Below, one piece after another: positions 62,601-64,000 of a stretch of 64,000 bases of DNA. The DNA is from Auanema rhodensis (lineage: Eukaryota; Animalia; Nematoda): assembly GCA_964057225.1 (NCBI GenBank), contig OZ059900.1, positions 26,474,001 through 26,538,000 on the forward strand, written 5' to 3'. Under the pieces are notes generated by a model that worked only from the letters and a program-made list of their open reading frames with translations, was not told where the DNA came from and ran no database searches. The stretch's first letter is position 1; every line of letters starts with the position of its first letter. The translations under genes and the position numbers were made by a program.

Positions 62601-63609
62601 CATCTCCAAATGTACAGCTTCCCATTTGAGCTTTACAGCCTTCGGCGTTGACAATTAAGTCAGATACAATAGTATTGTCCTTTAAATTTGTAATAACTCC
62701 TCGCTCCATCACAAATTGAGTTAAGTTGGCGCATTGAGTAAAACTGAAGAAACGTTCCGGTTCATATACTGGCTTAGGAGCTTCATATGTAAGTGGATTA
62801 GCGCTCAACAGTTTTTCATTTTTCCATTTCTTGTCTCGAGCAGCTATACGGCATTCTTCTACAGATACATATCCATTACCAATGATGGTGTCGTTGCTTT
62901 CTCGGAACCAAAATTGATCCGTTACACATAATCGATAGATGCGTGTATAACACTTCCACGCTTCCCATGTTACGACGGTTTGTTTAGGAATGAACAATTC
63001 AACGTTAACTTGATGAGCTTGTTGAATTGCTTTCCGTTGGCATCCTGTTATCTCTGGTGGTGTCATCAGAATTCCTCCTTTATAAGCTAAACATAGTTGA
63101 TATGAAGCATTCACAGTGGGAAGCAGAAATGTGCAGATTATTGTTGTGAGCAGGAATGGTAATGCAATAGTATTTATATTGAATCGAGGTTTCCATCGTC
63201 TTTGATTGCCTTGATTCTCTCTTGGATAATTGTCGCGATTATTCCTGGCAAAGTTGTCTCGATTTTCTCTTTGATAATTGTTGCGAGGTTCTCTCGAATG
63301 GTGATTACTCTCCATTGAGTAGTTGTTTCCATAATTTTGTCGAGGGCCAGAGTTCCTGCTGAATTTATTTTTGAAATTCTTCCAAGGGTTTCTTGAATTG
63401 TTGCCATTGTTCCGTTCGAAATCTCGTGGCTGCTGATGGTTCCTTTGGTTCCTATTTTCCTTCATGGTGATCTTCTGAACTGCAGAGATCAACTCTTGCA
63501 TAGTTGAGTTTTCTTCATGCTGTTTTTTTATAGTTAGCACGAATTGCTTCTTCAAAACGTGCTGTCCTTTTTGCTTCCTCATAAGTCTTCGGATCTTTTC
63601 CTTGAACAA
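56668..63609 (-). CDS. env-pol: Polyprotein: Gag tail, signal peptide, class III (gB-like) fusion glycoprotein, TM, protease, RT, RNase H, integrase
   Basis: Signal-like IALPFLLTTIICTFLLPTVNA; Cys-rich ectodomain with N-glycosylation sequons; furin-type RYKR; gB-like INPTIAIRSIMQRDDIVARIIGRNLIRVSTC and CYLETPV; TM FISAGVMIVILIFGSALYIIVVSYI; LWDSGAS; IDLVSGFFQ/YLDD; ESDAS/TDHRPL/DALSR; HHCC and D,D(35)E; GPF. The biologically relevant part starts near 63528, after the frameshift. Confidence 0.92.
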   Translation of the reverse strand: MFKEKIRRLMRKQKGQHVLKKQFVLTIKKQHEENSTMQELISAVQKITMKENRNQRNHQQPRDFERNNGNNSRNPWKNFKNKFSRNSGPRQNYGNNYSMESNHHSREPRNNYQRENRDNFARNNRDNYPRENQGNQRRWKPRFNINTIALPFLLTTIICTFLLPTVNASYQLCLAYKGGILMTPPEITGCQRKAIQQAHQVNVELFIPKQTVVTWEAWKCYTRIYRLCVTDQFWFRESNDTIIGNGYVSVEECRIAARDKKWKNEKLLSANPLTYEAPKPVYEPERFFSFTQCANLTQFVMERGVITNLKDNTIVSDLIVNAEGCKAQMGSCTFGDGSVVWKPPTPRAPCQYTRIGPLYGILGDQTLLISSLETALVLANTSASTTTQSCFSSPIFESTTETLVSFIDYPHAYSLLDLTSYLDNQMDPSRQRYKRSTNSSLIASFRSEMEYKLTPIQILDLPFARYTVTSGGNTIRYIHNWYHYQSVSNEYQNLTVIARYHQFLLSAVHILNITDHTIDYWANLKDFRDPNILLLHALGGEESKMITKMWIEQMEPSFVIGQLAHRLPINYIKRIVKPGNSTISVARDKLWELIQIPAILSETEYVPPLEFLIFTVYQNHLNFTFGDPRSVVYKAKELLRELRYQYSQPQLIEYYRMKLFFHSHFMQRQVKDQVYEMKLKLLDNWTLRNRETIFGIPMPSNKEDLYSRNINIDAKQLTDLMSWFSKPAPEEITKRVFSRSITTKTTPTARFLSATSKPVVNTSSTTKQTISTIQGMTSMQPMIGSIEKAQELFGTHLTDHQNTILRHRDALTTINKLNYGFERMRTILVEEFHHQHHSICHAQLELIKTWQAIFNINPTIAIRSIMQRDDIVARIIGRNLIRVSTCQPIEPIHIYRNHTYKDKCYLETPVITDDDRLYFAPQDSADLEAYGTEIPCETVENDIWKEDGEWKSFNGVTNVIALNIGSDQYPDLAAIRFSQRNLYENITDENLVRTISLTYGHIFATNPHRNFLRVITNQANLPGLSEWFTKSNELFSSTQNIASSLWERGVDFFAGSLNRMFISAGVMIVILIFGSALYIIVVSYIKEKVPILNVNAVEQHELLNADIDVPADDETIRRYFPTVITFIPIIIPFVGCCATNKRELPYIRIEAEGRGLVALWDSGASVSYLKESSVRYLGKENFNSTKISATAANGSIFNFLGTITLDIVIAGYHLSHTFLISEDKHCPTEMLLGLDIMKALEEKGITTSLQALRKQLIVGNHFLPLLSANQKSFRISSDTVSIINIRESIIPPRTKAMIRLQLAKELQPKQYALIRCGNGPIQFTPTAIKTSPLTIFAINTANYEVKLTGNTIIGKGKIAEEIGIPHIPDYIPPEADWSDKLPIFEKNPFDNLNFESTDLSKNQRQNLKTMLRRFKNAFFNEDRNIGLFKGPIEHSITLRTDMDLPKSRSYRVPLGKQDEVERQVKEMLDQGVIETSTSSFTSPVVLVKKKDNSFRFVTDFRALNSVTQKQTYSIPHIPEIIDSTAGARYFTNIDLVSGFFQIPLREEDRHLTAFVTSSGVYQYCRMPMGLCGAPHTFQSAVRYLQNQVKCRLFVYLDDLLIISNTAEQHLEDIEEVLQALQGLGMKAKLSKCKFAATQVKFLGFIIGRDGIQPDPSKITAVKKFPTPKTVTAIRSFLGMTNYFRRFIRDYAKIAEPLYQLTHKDQDFEWTEEREKAFETLKKALCTAPVLKPPTNGAPFVIESDASTIAIGAVLLQDTGNGLHPVAFASRKLSPTERKYPPIELEALALVYALQQFRTYVLGTSTKLITDHRPLTSLMSRRDLIGRLAKYQLMIQEYDIVIMYRPGRMNSVCDALSRYIGNEANDGPKPKLQKTTLTTSLTDIQETINYLINVTNVETLDTDKLIQLQQGTPWIKETIADMLTEQPKQINSDRYIVIDGVLHARPNKQYLSPRIMIPKQKTLNQVLAKLFHEDARIGAHQGIKRTHAALSRRFHWTNMMEDAKEIVSQCLTCAKRKINQHDTTREPYGKFVTPQKPFDRIHMDVTGPFSPSTNGFKYILSIQDAFSKWITSIPLRTQNAEETVRKFLTNFVFIFGPPVSIVSDNGGNFISKEFKLMCNEFGIVQTFSLPYHKNTNGQVERLHRTIQECLSTCAENRVSQWASQLPKITFALNTIPSTTTGISPYIALFGRDARLPMDRQLPGQPHLNSPEDDELLERNENRKNTWDSIQEKIQLKSIEQQNRLNNSNRIASRIFEIGEMVLLKDMTVHGKLRPTYNGPFKITGVYNSYVELEMSQGKMRKVHKDLIKKLAATL

Positions 63610-64000
63610 TTATGCCTAAATCAGCGTTCAATCCATTTAAGAAAGCTGATCTTAATATGAGCTCTCTTTCTCGATCAGTTGGGCTCATAATACTGGAAGC
63701 CATTTCTTCCAAGTATGAGGCAAACTGAGTAACAGTTTTCTCTCCTTGCGTCGAGCGTAGCAACTTCGCGATCGTGAAATTCCTTTCCGTGGCAGGGCAA
63801 AGTAACTCTGCCAATTGTGAAACAAGGTCTTTCCAAGGTCCTCGTTCACGAATTTCGGAAGGAATCGAGTTATATGCAGAGATCGCAGAATCATTCTGCT
63901 GAAGCAGCAGAGGAAGAAGAAAAATTCTTTCAATTACCGAAAGTCCCGCAGCATTCGCGAATCGGTTAAATATATCGATGTACGATCGAAAGCTTCGGCT
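63515..64000 (-). CDS. gag: Gag capsid region of element 2 (partial; open from the window edge to TGA at 63515)
   Basis: Continuous frame SRSFRSYIDIFNRFANAAGLS...WKDLVSQLAELL...QGEKTVTQFASYLEE...AFLNGL...PKTYEEAKRTA, a retrotransposon capsid pattern. Confidence 0.85.
   Translation of the reverse strand, partial: SRSFRSYIDIFNRFANAAGLSVIERIFLLPLLLQQNDSAISAYNSIPSEIRERGPWKDLVSQLAELLCPATERNFTIAKLLRSTQGEKTVTQFASYLEEMASSIMSPTDRERELILRSAFLNGLNADLGIIVQGKDPKTYEEAKRTARFEEAIRANYKKTA

Larger units (their letters stand above)
56212..64000 (-). mobile_element. Ty3/gypsy LTR retroelement with a gB-like env between gag and pol (5' end beyond the window)
   Basis: LTR-like segment at the satellite junction; 2313-codon ORF with glycoprotein, PR, RT, RH and IN; gag-like frame upstream. 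Confidence 0.95.

Noticed and set aside
63685-63933. 82-aa ORF suggesting a second frameshift in gag of element 2
   Set aside because: The true gag frame is open from 64000 to 63515; this ORF is an off-frame overlap.
1-64000. Species-level host assignment or a definite centromere call
   Set aside because: Cannot be supported from the sequence alone; only a probable nematode origin is inferred.

Overview
Eukaryotic, most likely nematode, heterochromatin-like DNA with no host genes. The nematode call rests on 42-50 nt introns, a nematode-type tRNA-Pro primer-binding site and Cer-like Ty3/gypsy motifs. The backbone is a head-to-tail array of a 168-bp AT-rich satellite in three blocks (1-19615, 26699-39200, 53577-56211), interrupted by three mobile elements. 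(1) A + strand Ty3/gypsy LTR retrotransposon (19616-26698, TAGA TSD) with a frameshifting deletion in RT and a ~415-aa AT-hook-containing extension after integrase. (2) A 14.4-kb Maverick/Polinton (39201-53576, TGTGTT TSD) with an intact-looking 14-exon pPolB, major capsid, protease, core-like and C2H2 genes, but no integrase or packaging ATPase. Its ~3.14-kb TIRs appear to result from the pPolB end overwriting the other end (copy-back-like). (3) A - strand Ty3/gypsy element (56212 to beyond 64000) in which a herpesvirus gB-like class III fusogen lies between gag and protease-RT-RNaseH-integrase in one polyprotein. All calls are by eye from sequence and motifs; no database searches were run.
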